IMG/VR virus record: IMGVR_UViG_3300006738_005066
From: an uncultured virus (IMG/VR IMGVR_UViG_3300006738_005066)
Taxonomy: Duplodnaviria > Heunggongvirae > Uroviricota > Caudoviricetes
DNA: 64,000 bases
Strand: one strand, 5' to 3'
A program made the translations under genes and the position numbers. The notes under the pieces are model-generated. The model was not told the DNA's origin. It ran no database searches and worked only from the letters and a program-made list of their open reading frames with translations. How positions within the stretch are numbered: the first letter of the stretch is position 1; each line of letters opens with the position of its first letter. Positions 1 through 8,560 of this stretch are shown here, piece after piece.

Positions 1-993
1 CTTGAGAAACTCAGCAAAATCGAAGACGATGGTTCTATCGGAGACGTTGACTTAAGTATGATTTCTTCCGCAGCCGAAGGTATTGTTTTCGACTACGATG
101 GACACACCTATAAGTTTACGGGTGGATTTGCTCCGGCAAACCAGATCCTAGGCTTGTTTAAGTATGGACGTAAAGGAATTCCTGCAATGGCCGATGATGC
201 CGATCTCAATGAAGAAGTGTTTGCCTTCTTAACAGAACAAGAAGGAAAATATGTCGTTCTGATCCCAGGAGGATTTAAGCCTCCACACAAGGGTCATTAT
301 GCTATGTTGAATCATTATGCTGAAAATCCAAATGTTCAAGATGTTGTTGTTCTTAATGGACCCAAAGCACGAGAAGGCGTCACACAAGAAATGTCACAGC
401 AACTGTTTGATCTCTATGGCGGCTTAGATCCTAAAATTCAGTTTGTCGAGCATAGCTTGCCAATGCGGGCTGCGTTCGAGTTGCTTGGTGATGAAAAATT
501 CGTATCTCAATTCGGTGACAATGTTACTTTTGTCCTCGGCTGCAGCCAGAAAGTCTCTGCTAAGGGACCATCTGACGCGGCTAGAGCCACCCAATTTGCA
601 CAATGGTTTCAAACCAATCCAGATAAAAATCCTCTTAATGTCAAGGTGGGAGTCTTAAGTCCATGCCCAGTAGAATCCGCAGAAGGTGTTGATCTCAGCG
701 CATCGGTGATGCGCAAAGCAGCGCGCGACGGCAATGACGAATTATTAAATTTACATTTACCTAAAGATGTTGACGTTGATGAGGTAAAATCTATATTGCC
801 AGGTTCTATTGAAGAGATGAGCAGCGGTGCTGGTGGCGTCGGGCCGGGAGGCTCTGACTATGGGTACTCTGCCCCAATGTCAAATCTGAGCAATCCGAAG
901 AAACGAAAGAAAAAGCCACAAAAAGAAAGCATGCAAAACGAAGAGCTGGTTAATGAAGTAGCTGACTATTTATTAGGTATAATGGTGGGATAG
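1..993 (+). CDS. 5'-truncated protein with C-terminal HIGH-superfamily (cytidylyltransferase-like) nucleotidyltransferase domain
   Basis: Frame 1 is open from base 1 (LEKLSKIEDD...). It has an HxGH motif (PGGFKPPHKGH) and a KMSKS-equivalent (LSASVMR). The upstream EGIVF...YKFTGGFAPANQILG segment belongs to a separate domain. Confidence 0.7.
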   Translation, partial: LEKLSKIEDDGSIGDVDLSMISSAAEGIVFDYDGHTYKFTGGFAPANQILGLFKYGRKGIPAMADDADLNEEVFAFLTEQEGKYVVLIPGGFKPPHKGHYAMLNHYAENPNVQDVVVLNGPKAREGVTQEMSQQLFDLYGGLDPKIQFVEHSLPMRAAFELLGDEKFVSQFGDNVTFVLGCSQKVSAKGPSDAARATQFAQWFQTNPDKNPLNVKVGVLSPCPVESAEGVDLSASVMRKAARDGNDELLNLHLPKDVDVDEVKSILPGSIEEMSSGAGGVGPGGSDYGYSAPMSNLSNPKKRKKKPQKESMQNEELVNEVADYLLGIMVG

Positions 994-995
994 TT

Positions 996-1862
996 ATGAT
1001 AAATCGTGATGAATTTATGGCAGAGCGAATTTTAAGAGAAAACATTCGACGAGTAATTAAAATTGTTCGGGATCGCCGCGATGAAGCCAAAAGTAAGCAA
1101 CTGATGCGAGAAACTGAGTTGCGCATGGTTATCCGTGATTTTATAAAAGAAGGCCAAGCTGCTGTCAGTACTACTGCCAAGCACGATAGCACTGGCATCA
1201 ATGTATTGGAAGATTTACTAAAAAATTCTAACATTTTATCCGTTTTAGAACAAGGATACACTTCCTTAACTACCCGGGACGAGGATGAGGCCGAAGATGG
1301 GCCGACAGTACAGCAGATGTCATATAGAAACCACATCTTGGTGGCTGTTGAAAAGTCATTAGCGCCCGAGGAGTCTCGAAAAGAGGCGGATGAAGAGGTT
1401 GTAGAATTATCTGAGGAGATCGACATCGACGTCGGAGCCAACCCGGAAGACGATCCGGCTTTTATCGACGTTGAAGAAAAAGAGGTTGTTAAAGATGATG
1501 GAGAAGTTGAGAGAGAAAAGTTTGCGATCGCCGGAGAAGATAAAACTGGACGTAATAAAGCCTTTACTGATTTCGCAACCATTTCCAAAGTTATTTTAAG
1601 GGCATACGACGATTTAGATAACCCTGAAGATCGAAACCTTTTTGGTGAATATCTTATCAAAAATTTAGCTCTATACTTCGACAAATTCCAAGCAGCACTT
1701 GCTGAAGATGCAGAAGAGCCGGCGGCAGCTGCAGACGCCGTGGCCGATGAGCCCGCAGAGCCGGCCGTAGATCCCGGCGCTGATGAAGAAATCGCCAACA
1801 TTGAACTGCAAGAAATTATTAAACATTTAAACATCGACGACATTATCAAAAATTTATTGTAA
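996..1862 (+). CDS. acidic hypothetical protein
   Basis: 288-aa D/E-rich ORF abutting both neighbours; no recognised motif. Confidence 0.75.
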   Translation: MINRDEFMAERILRENIRRVIKIVRDRRDEAKSKQLMRETELRMVIRDFIKEGQAAVSTTAKHDSTGINVLEDLLKNSNILSVLEQGYTSLTTRDEDEAEDGPTVQQMSYRNHILVAVEKSLAPEESRKEADEEVVELSEEIDIDVGANPEDDPAFIDVEEKEVVKDDGEVEREKFAIAGEDKTGRNKAFTDFATISKVILRAYDDLDNPEDRNLFGEYLIKNLALYFDKFQAALAEDAEEPAAAADAVADEPAEPAVDPGADEEIANIELQEIIKHLNIDDIIKNLL

Positions 1863-2219
1863 ATGAAACCCAGGAAATCAAATTCCCAGGGGTTTTGCAA
1901 AGATTTATCGCTTTCGCGAAAACTGAGAGATGAAGAAAAATCTAACGAAGCATTTGAAATAATGCTTTCTGCATTAACCTTGGAAGAAATAATCGGCCTT
2001 AAGCTAGAGTGTGCCAGCCGTCTCACTGGTGGCAAACTATATGGATTCAATTTGTGGTCTAATGTGGTTGATTTTACGAAAGAAGCGCTTTTTAACGCTG
2101 TTGTTAGTATTACGAACACAAATAAAGAAGCCACCAGAATCTTAGGAATTAGTAGCCAGACTTTTAGGAGCTTAAAAAGAAAATATAACATTAAAAATTC
2201 ATACCAAGATACTTTATAG
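1863..2219 (+). CDS. protein with C-terminal Fis-type helix-turn-helix
   Basis: ALFNAVVSITNTNKEATRILGISSQTFRSLKRKYNI resembles the HTH_8/Fis consensus (N+xxAARxLGISRxTLxxK+++Y). Confidence 0.6.
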   Translation: MKPRKSNSQGFCKDLSLSRKLRDEEKSNEAFEIMLSALTLEEIIGLKLECASRLTGGKLYGFNLWSNVVDFTKEALFNAVVSITNTNKEATRILGISSQTFRSLKRKYNIKNSYQDTL

Positions 2220-2253
2220 TAACCTATAAGCATCAAGGTGTCAAGGAAATAAT

Positions 2254-2565
2254 GGGGGTGAATGGTATCGACAGAGTAGGGAAGATGGATAGTGCAAGTC
2301 GTGCAAGCTGGAATTATCACGTTAATCTTTTTCCGGAACACTTAACTGCCAATGACGCAGATTACGATTTAGCCTTAGCTGCTTAATCCCTGGTTGCTCT
2401 TCGCCAGGTGTTCAAGAAGAGTATAACAAGTGAGTACGCTTTTGTCAATACAGCGGATTGAAATAAATTGACTATTTTGTCTGTTTAGAAAAACTGACTA
2501 AACTTGTGAATGACTTGAAGTAGTAACTGCTTTGGACGCGGGTTCGAGCCCCGCCACCTCCACCA
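2254..2565 (+). ncRNA. ssrA: tmRNA (SsrA), one-piece, 312 nt
   Basis: 5' GGGGGTG pairs with 3' CACCTCC-ACCA, with the G3:U alanine identity pair. D-loop region GGTATCGAC; T-arm GCGGG-TTCGAGC-CCCGC. The tag frame after TAACT (2348-2386) encodes ANDADYDLALAA-stop. Confidence 0.97.
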
Positions 2566-2654
2566 ATTTAAAAAGATATGTATACTTCTTTTTACTATTC
2601 TGCTACAATTCTATTATATAAAAAATCTATAATTATTTTGCTAAAGGAGGAATT

Positions 2655-4439
2655 ATGATTATTACTAATAAATTTAAATTAACAGCTATTAATCTGTTTA
2701 TTTTTATTCTTGTCTGCACTGCGTGTAAAACGGAGGAGAACATCTCCAGTGATGATGACATCATTGTCTCGAATGATGATGATGATTTAACACCATCGCC
2801 AGCAGATGACGACGACGACGTCGCGTTAGCTACCCTAACTGGCGTTGTACTGAGTGCTTTTGCTCAACCTTTGGAAGGCGTAGAGGTTTCCATTGTTAAT
2901 TCAACCCTAACCACTCACAGTGATGTAAATGGGCATTTCCGACTAGAGGACCTTTCACCCAGCGACCGCGCGATTGTAACTTTTCGTAAAGACTTATATG
3001 CGCGCAGTAGCACCCCTGTAGAATTAATCGGTGGCAATGAAAATACGGTGCTGCAACGGATGGCCATAATTGACCATGTTTTTACGTTTGATTCATCTGA
3101 CGGTCATCTACTCGCCACAGATGATTCTTTGAGTTTGGAATTACCGTCAAACAATATAGTTGATGCATCTGGTAGTCCTTATGAGGGGGCAGTAGTGGCA
3201 GAAGTTACAGTATTTGATTTAGTTTCTGATATGGATAATGGAAATGAACTTTTTGCCGCTCCTGGGGATTTTTCTGCTGTTGATGGCGCCGGCGAGAACA
3301 AAACTTTAGAATCATTTGGAATGATTCAGGTCAATTTAACAACTCCTTCTGGAGTGGATTTGCAGCTGGGAGATGTTCCATCTCAGATCCGCCTGCCTGT
3401 GCAAAATCTTGGAGAACCCCCCTCCGTAGGAGATGAGATCATTGCATGGAGTTATGATGAAACTTCCGGAAAGTGGATCGAAGAAGCCCTAGGAACAGTG
3501 TTGGATGATAATGGTACCCTTGTTTGGGAATTTTCAGCACCACACTTTTCTACCTGGAATTGCGATCGGCCTATTTCTACTCATGGCTGTTTGACGGGTA
3601 CTGTAACTGATTCCCAGGGAACGCCTCGTGGCGGAGCTACTGTTCGTGCGGTGGGAATTACCTACATTTCTACCACAACGGCTCGCACCGAACAAGATGG
3701 AAGCTTTTGTTTGGAAGTTAAAAATGGAGAAACTGTATGGGCTGAAATTTCTTACAGTATCGCCGGCCAAACGGCTACCCAGCGTACCGATCCCGTAGTC
3801 ATTTCTCCCGGGCAGGCGAGTTGTTCTCTAGGTGCTAGTACTTGCGACGATTTGGGAGAGATTCCGGTTGACATTCAAACTTGCGTAAGCGGGATTGTAA
3901 TCGACGGCACCAACGTTCCTATGGAGGGCGTCCAAGTCGTGTCTCCTATCGGTGGTCTAGCAACAACTGGCGCCGATGGTTCCTTCTGTATGACAACGCC
4001 TGTGTTTCAATCGTCAGACGTTTTTGTAATGAGCGAGCTAGACTCAGTTGGATATCAGCCCGTAAGGATGTATACTCAACCAGGGATTCCTGACTGCCAG
4101 GCCGGTTGTGCTAATCAGGTAGTTTTGCGGCCTTATGTATCTTCGACTTGTTCAGAAGGTGCGGTTTTCGTGAATGGAGAAGCAGCCGGAAGCGTATTGG
4201 TAGAAGTATTTGATTTAAATTATCCGGATGTTCGTGTTTATGGAACCTTAACAAATAGTGATGGCTCTTTCTGCGCAAAAATTCCTGGGAATACCAATGT
4301 GAGTGTTCAAGTGGGATCTAATAACAGTAAATGTGCTTCTGAGACGTTAAATACTGATAACTGGGGAGGCATGGAGTGTGCTGATGGCGGACAAAGTTCC
4401 GAATGTTACAATCTAAATGATTTTGTATGTAATTTTTAA
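2655..4439 (+). CDS. Cys-rich lipoprotein with repeated carboxypeptidase-regulatory-like (prealbumin-fold) domains
   Basis: SD AAGGAGG; signal peptide with lipobox-like LVCTAC; Asp-run linker; four G.V.....P..G..V...DG.F repeats (DGSFC three times); HFSTWNCD motif. Confidence 0.7.
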   Translation: MIITNKFKLTAINLFIFILVCTACKTEENISSDDDIIVSNDDDDLTPSPADDDDDVALATLTGVVLSAFAQPLEGVEVSIVNSTLTTHSDVNGHFRLEDLSPSDRAIVTFRKDLYARSSTPVELIGGNENTVLQRMAIIDHVFTFDSSDGHLLATDDSLSLELPSNNIVDASGSPYEGAVVAEVTVFDLVSDMDNGNELFAAPGDFSAVDGAGENKTLESFGMIQVNLTTPSGVDLQLGDVPSQIRLPVQNLGEPPSVGDEIIAWSYDETSGKWIEEALGTVLDDNGTLVWEFSAPHFSTWNCDRPISTHGCLTGTVTDSQGTPRGGATVRAVGITYISTTTARTEQDGSFCLEVKNGETVWAEISYSIAGQTATQRTDPVVISPGQASCSLGASTCDDLGEIPVDIQTCVSGIVIDGTNVPMEGVQVVSPIGGLATTGADGSFCMTTPVFQSSDVFVMSELDSVGYQPVRMYTQPGIPDCQAGCANQVVLRPYVSSTCSEGAVFVNGEAAGSVLVEVFDLNYPDVRVYGTLTNSDGSFCAKIPGNTNVSVQVGSNNSKCASETLNTDNWGGMECADGGQSSECYNLNDFVCNF

Positions 4440-4506
4440 TAAAATAGCAACAACTACGCAACCCTAGTCCAAATTACCCATAGTAGTTACTTTAAGGAGT
4501 ATTATT

Positions 4507-4689
4507 ATGGGTAATTTTTTATCTAAATTTCACAAAGACGAAGAAGGCCAGGGAATGACAGAATACGTTATTATTTTGGTTGCGATTGCAGTTGTTTGTA
4601 TAGGCATAGCAGTTACTTTCGGTGGCAAAGTAAAGGCTTTGTTTGAAACTGCTGACGGAGAAATTGATACGGTGGATTCTAATTTGTAA
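4507..4689 (+). CDS. flp: Flp family type IVb (Tad) pilin
   Basis: 60 aa; leader ending DEEG, then QGMTEY with Flp-diagnostic E+5/Y+6, then hydrophobic helix VIILVAIAVVCIGIAVTFG; SD AAGGAG at 4494. Confidence 0.9.
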   Translation: MGNFLSKFHKDEEGQGMTEYVIILVAIAVVCIGIAVTFGGKVKALFETADGEIDTVDSNL

Positions 4690-4712
4690 AGTGATGCCCT
4701 ATCTATTATAGG

Positions 4713-5225
4713 GTGTATAAGACTTGTTTATTGATATGTTTGGTACTTCTCGCATCGTGTAATAGCGATTCGCCGGAAGAAGTTGCACTTAATTATGGAG
4801 ATGTTTATTTTCATATGGGATGTTATTGGCCCGACCCATCAGATGCCTCCTGGTTAATTCAGCCTGCAACATGGAGGTGCTATGAGCATGTGGATACCTC
4901 GTTGCTAACGGGCTTTTTATATTTGGAGTTGGAAAGCGCAGAGAGCTTGTACTTATGTGGCCAAGACCTCACTCTTAGAAGTGGGATCTCGATGTATGAC
5001 AATTTAATAAGTTATTTAACAAAAGAAGCATTTGATTGTCTACACATTACAGAAGACCTAAATGAAGGAAACTCTTTTGACTGGATTTGGAAGGAAGATA
5101 TTAACACTCTTCAGATCATTTGGCGCCCCGATGACTACCCTCATCAGATGATAACATTAGTAATTGAAAATCAGGATTATAACCAAACTGTCAGCTCTCC
5201 AGTTTATCATAGAATCTTAAATTAG
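4713..5225 (+). CDS. putative lipoprotein
   Basis: N-terminal K, hydrophobic stretch and lipobox LASC. Confidence 0.65.
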   Translation: MYKTCLLICLVLLASCNSDSPEEVALNYGDVYFHMGCYWPDPSDASWLIQPATWRCYEHVDTSLLTGFLYLELESAESLYLCGQDLTLRSGISMYDNLISYLTKEAFDCLHITEDLNEGNSFDWIWKEDINTLQIIWRPDDYPHQMITLVIENQDYNQTVSSPVYHRILN

Positions 5226-5256
5226 CACTTTTAATTTTAATCTTACTAAATAATAC

Positions 5257-5838
5257 ATGGGGAAAATACTTAATGTACTCTTCACCGGCACGATAATTTT
5301 ATTAGTTACGATACTGGTTTTTATACTAGTGCGCAGCGCGATGGCCAGCCCTTACGTTTCCAATTTTGAAACACTAGATCTAAATAATAAGGGCCCAGCG
5401 AGGGCTGCAACATGGAAGCGAACTCCTACCGTGATAGTGTGTCCGAATGCTCCTGTTATTAAAGGAGAGGCCGAAAAGGCAGTAAAATTTTGGGAGAATT
5501 TAGGTTACCGATTCTTCCGTACTCAGTATAAGTATGACCCTCTCAATAAATGCAACCAAACAGATCCAGTCGGATATATTGTGATTCACTTGGTAAAACC
5601 AGATTTAAAAATGGCTAAGGACACATTAGCAGTTACGCATTTTTATGTCGATAACGATCATAAAGAGGTTGAATGGGCTATTATTTATGTAAAAAGTAAC
5701 ATTGAAGAAACCGTTCTCGAACACGAGATAGGTCACGCTTTGGGCTTTCTACATTATAATAAAATCAACCACCTTATGAATCAAAAGTGGGCACAAGGTG
5801 GATGGGACACAGAAGGGTTGTCGGCTCCGCCACGGTAG
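5257..5838 (+). CDS. matrixin-like (M10) zinc metalloprotease, secreted or membrane-anchored
   Basis: HEIGHALGFLH (HExxHxxGxxH) followed by Met-turn HLM; N-terminal hydrophobic helix. Confidence 0.85.
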   Translation: MGKILNVLFTGTIILLVTILVFILVRSAMASPYVSNFETLDLNNKGPARAATWKRTPTVIVCPNAPVIKGEAEKAVKFWENLGYRFFRTQYKYDPLNKCNQTDPVGYIVIHLVKPDLKMAKDTLAVTHFYVDNDHKEVEWAIIYVKSNIEETVLEHEIGHALGFLHYNKINHLMNQKWAQGGWDTEGLSAPPR

Positions 5839-6020
5839 GTGAAATTGTTATTTGCGTAGATCACGTTCGGAGTCCCGATGTGGATCTTCCATTTCCTACA
5901 AAATTTATTGGATTAGTACTTGACAAATCTGACACAGTCTATAAAATACAAGTATTGGATACTGGTCAAGAGAAGTACTGGCCAGTATCTGCCACTTATC
6001 TATGGAAGGAAATAAAATGA
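5787..6020 (+). CDS. hypothetical protein
   Basis: Fills the gap and its stop overlaps the next ATG (ATGA); start uncertain (5787 or 5802). Confidence 0.5.
   Translation: MGTRWMGHRRVVGSATVGEIVICVDHVRSPDVDLPFPTKFIGLVLDKSDTVYKIQVLDTGQEKYWPVSATYLWKEIK
5920..5947 (+). promoter_or_regulatory. putative sigma70-type (early/middle) promoter
   Basis: TTGACA (5920-5925), 16-nt spacer, TAAAAT (5942-5947), about 70 nt upstream of the 6017 start. Confidence 0.45.
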
Positions 6021-6298
6021 GTACTGAAGAAATAGAAACCAAACACGAAGAGGGCCCTCCTTGGAAAATTGTTGCTAAGTGTGCAACATTTGACGAAGCA
6101 GACCAAAAGCGACTGGAGCTAGCAATGGAGGAGAATCTTCAAGTAAAGGTTCACTGGCAAGGAAAGGTGAATTCGCGCTATTTTGCCGTCAAAACCCGAG
6201 TTGACCCTCAGATAGCGCTGGAAGAAGCGTTGAATGTCAAACGCGCAGAGAAGAAACGCCGCAAAGCAAAGCTTAATAAGAAGCGCCGAAAGAAGTGA
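6017..6298 (+). CDS. hypothetical protein with basic C-terminus
   Basis: SD GGAAGGA before ATG 6017; stop overlaps next GTG. Confidence 0.7.
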   Translation: MSTEEIETKHEEGPPWKIVAKCATFDEADQKRLELAMEENLQVKVHWQGKVNSRYFAVKTRVDPQIALEEALNVKRAEKKRRKAKLNKKRRKK

Positions 6299-6810
6299 GA
6301 GAAGAGACCCGTCGCCAACGTTATGATAAGAAGCTTAAAACTGCCAAAAAGTATCCAATTAGTCTCTGCGCTATCAATTTCCGCCTTGACGATAATCTTG
6401 GGTATTTGGTTAGGAGTGCTGCTTGCTTTGGCGCAGAACGGCTTTATGTGGTTGGACACGTTCCTGAACGCAGCCGCATAAAAGCCTCTTCGGGGAGCTT
6501 GGTGGACTATGTTGAAATTGTCCAGTTTTCTACGCCATCTGAATTCCTCACTGAAATGGAAATTGGAGGAATCAGTATTGTTTCTGCAGAGTTGGTGGAA
6601 GAGGCAACACCCCTGGCTTCTTATAGTTTCGATTTTTCTCGCCCTGTGTGCCTGGTTGTTGGCAACGAACAGACTGGAGTTCCCACTGAAATTTTAACGA
6701 GATCTCAGGTAGTATATATAGAAATGGCTGGAGTGGGGTATTGTTTGAATACATCGCAGGCAGCGAATGTCCTCCTTTATGAAGCAATTAAACAATTTAC
6801 TTATGTATAA
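6295..6810 (+). CDS. SpoU/TrmH family RNA 2'-O-methyltransferase
   Basis: SPOUT motifs NLGYLVRSAACFG, LVVGNEQTGV and IEMAGVGYCLNTSQAA. Confidence 0.9.
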   Translation: MREETRRQRYDKKLKTAKKYPISLCAINFRLDDNLGYLVRSAACFGAERLYVVGHVPERSRIKASSGSLVDYVEIVQFSTPSEFLTEMEIGGISIVSAELVEEATPLASYSFDFSRPVCLVVGNEQTGVPTEILTRSQVVYIEMAGVGYCLNTSQAANVLLYEAIKQFTYV

Positions 6811-6868
6811 CTATTTATCTATAGGCGCTTTCGGTCACTATGTAGGCCGAGCAACAGAAAAAACGAAT

Positions 6869-7057
6869 ATGAGTGAAAAAAAATCTAAAAAGCTGCCTCC
6901 TTTCCTTAAGACGGTATACCTCTCCAATAGAGAAATACGTTTATTATTGGCGGGCCTCTATTCGCTCAAAATGCCGAAAAAAGAAATAGAAGAAACTCTT
7001 TGGAAAAAACTTTTATTTGAGAAACTACATAAAAAGACCCGCAGAAAGAAAGATTAA
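6869..7057 (+). CDS. small basic hypothetical protein
   Basis: ATG 6869; stop abuts next ATG. Confidence 0.5.
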   Translation: MSEKKSKKLPPFLKTVYLSNREIRLLLAGLYSLKMPKKEIEETLWKKLLFEKLHKKTRRKKD

Positions 7058-7333
7058 ATGGATGTTGATACTCGGGATGTTATTAGATTAAAGGCCGCTA
7101 TAGAATTTGGATCAGAAAATGATTATTCTATTAAAAATGGAGGCCTGGGGCCCACTCTAGTCATAGATGCCCACACGCGTGAGCATGCTCGTAAAGTAAG
7201 GGAGAAAGTGCCTACAACTTGGGAAGATTTGTATACCTTGGTAATCTACAACAGTGCTGAGGAAGACTATGAAGAGGATCCCTATGCGGCGCTCGGTATT
7301 AAGCTTACATCATCATCGGAGGAACTGTTATGA
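7058..7333 (+). CDS. hypothetical protein
   Basis: 91-aa ORF coupled to both neighbours. Confidence 0.65.
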   Translation: MDVDTRDVIRLKAAIEFGSENDYSIKNGGLGPTLVIDAHTREHARKVREKVPTTWEDLYTLVIYNSAEEDYEEDPYAALGIKLTSSSEELL

Positions 7334-7737
7334 CTACCTGGAGCGATAAGAGTATGCTTGAAAAATTAAACAACCCCAGTGGCGACGGCTATGAAATCAA
7401 CATTAAAAATCCTGAAATTACGTTTATTGGTGTAAAAGATCAGCCGGATTTTGCTACTGCGTGGATTGTTTTTTATCCCAAAGATTATATTATAGAATTA
7501 AGGTCTTTAAAAGAGTATTTTTATAATTTTCGCAACACTTTGATTTCGTATGAGCGCTTAATAAACGTAGTTTATGATGATATCATGTCAGTTTATGACC
7601 CACATCGCTTACGACTTGAAATGGAATTTAACCCTCGTGGAGGCTTATCATCGCAGCTTACAGTCGATTCGGATTGGAAAATTCGGGGCGGAGAGGAAAA
7701 ATTTAAAGATTGGGGAGGCAAAAATCACCAATGGTAG
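7330..7737 (+). CDS. QueF-like T-fold protein (preQ0 reductase family) lacking the catalytic Cys
   Basis: PEIT...QPDFA, IELRSLKEY and FNPRGG match type I QueF motifs; the protein contains no cysteine. Confidence 0.8.
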   Translation: MTTWSDKSMLEKLNNPSGDGYEINIKNPEITFIGVKDQPDFATAWIVFYPKDYIIELRSLKEYFYNFRNTLISYERLINVVYDDIMSVYDPHRLRLEMEFNPRGGLSSQLTVDSDWKIRGGEEKFKDWGGKNHQW

Positions 7738-7763
7738 AGTCTAACCAGAGAAAGGAGGCAAAG

Positions 7764-8009
7764 ATGAGTGAAGAAACGACTAATTTATTAGGAAGTCAGC
7801 TGTTGAGGGCGACCGTCAGCCGGTTGGAGGCAGATCGTCAAGAAGCCATGGCAGTAATTGATTTATATTTAAGTTCCCCAGTGGGCGTCGGGGATCACCC
7901 CAATGTCCTGCAGGAGATTTATAATGCAACAAAGAGGCTTGCTGCAGCAGAGGATACTCTAGAGACCTTACAAAGGCACTTTTTTGAATCAACGGAAGAG
8001 GGACAGTAA
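7764..8009 (+). CDS. hypothetical phage protein
   Basis: SD AAGGAGG; helical, with a PVGVGDHP motif. Confidence 0.7.
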   Translation: MSEETTNLLGSQLLRATVSRLEADRQEAMAVIDLYLSSPVGVGDHPNVLQEIYNATKRLAAAEDTLETLQRHFFESTEEGQ

Positions 8010-8010
8010 G

Positions 8011-8523
8011 ATGGCAAAAACAACCGTTTGTGTGTCGGGGGGCTTTGATCCAGTACATATAGGCCACCTGAGGATGATGCAGGAGGCGGCGAAGTACGGC
8101 GATCTCATAGTTATAGTGAATTCGGATGACTGGCTAATGAGAAAAAAGGGATACATTTTTATGCCCTTCGACGAGCGGTGCGAAATTATTGAAGGATTTA
8201 GTTGTGTGGGATCTACCACTTATGTTCAGGATGCTGACGGGACCGTTTGTGAGGCTCTGCGGCGCCTTAAGCCTAGCTATTTTGCTAATGGCGGCGACAG
8301 AAAAAATAACAATACTCCTGAAATGCAGCTTTGCACCGACGAGAACATCGAACTTCTCTGGAATGTAGGGGGAGGAAAAATCCAAAGTTCCTCTGATCTG
8401 GTTTCTTCAACACCTGCCTTAAATGATCTTGAATCATACGGGGGTATTGAGGGTTGTCCACGTCCAAGTCGAGTTGAAGTTGTTACATCCGATAATGTTT
8501 CTAAGAAGAACAATAATTATTGA
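8011..8523 (+). CDS. cytidylyltransferase family protein (TagD/RfaE-II-like)
   Basis: SGGFDPVHIGH, VNSDDWLMRKKG, FANGGDR, KIQSSS. Confidence 0.88.
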   Translation: MAKTTVCVSGGFDPVHIGHLRMMQEAAKYGDLIVIVNSDDWLMRKKGYIFMPFDERCEIIEGFSCVGSTTYVQDADGTVCEALRRLKPSYFANGGDRKNNNTPEMQLCTDENIELLWNVGGGKIQSSSDLVSSTPALNDLESYGGIEGCPRPSRVEVVTSDNVSKKNNNY

Positions 8524-8560
8524 ATAACTCTCATAATTATAGAGAAGCTTAAGGGTCTTT

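Noticed and set aside
950..2341. 463-aa minus-strand ORF
   Set aside because: It is the antisense shadow of two + strand genes and the tmRNA. Its Ser/Phe-rich composition is the complement of GAA/GAT-rich acidic codons.
2531..2565. Separate tRNA gene suggested by GGTTCGA...CCA
   Set aside because: This is the 3' tRNA-like half of the tmRNA; there is no anticodon arm.
2254..5838. Prophage or island integrated at a bacterial ssrA
   Set aside because: No integrase or duplicated att end was seen, and both flanks have the same phage-like unidirectional organisation.
6831..6850. Hairpin TCGGTC-N8-GGCCGA after the TrmH-like gene
   Set aside because: Short stem with no U-tract; not enough to call a terminator or ncRNA.
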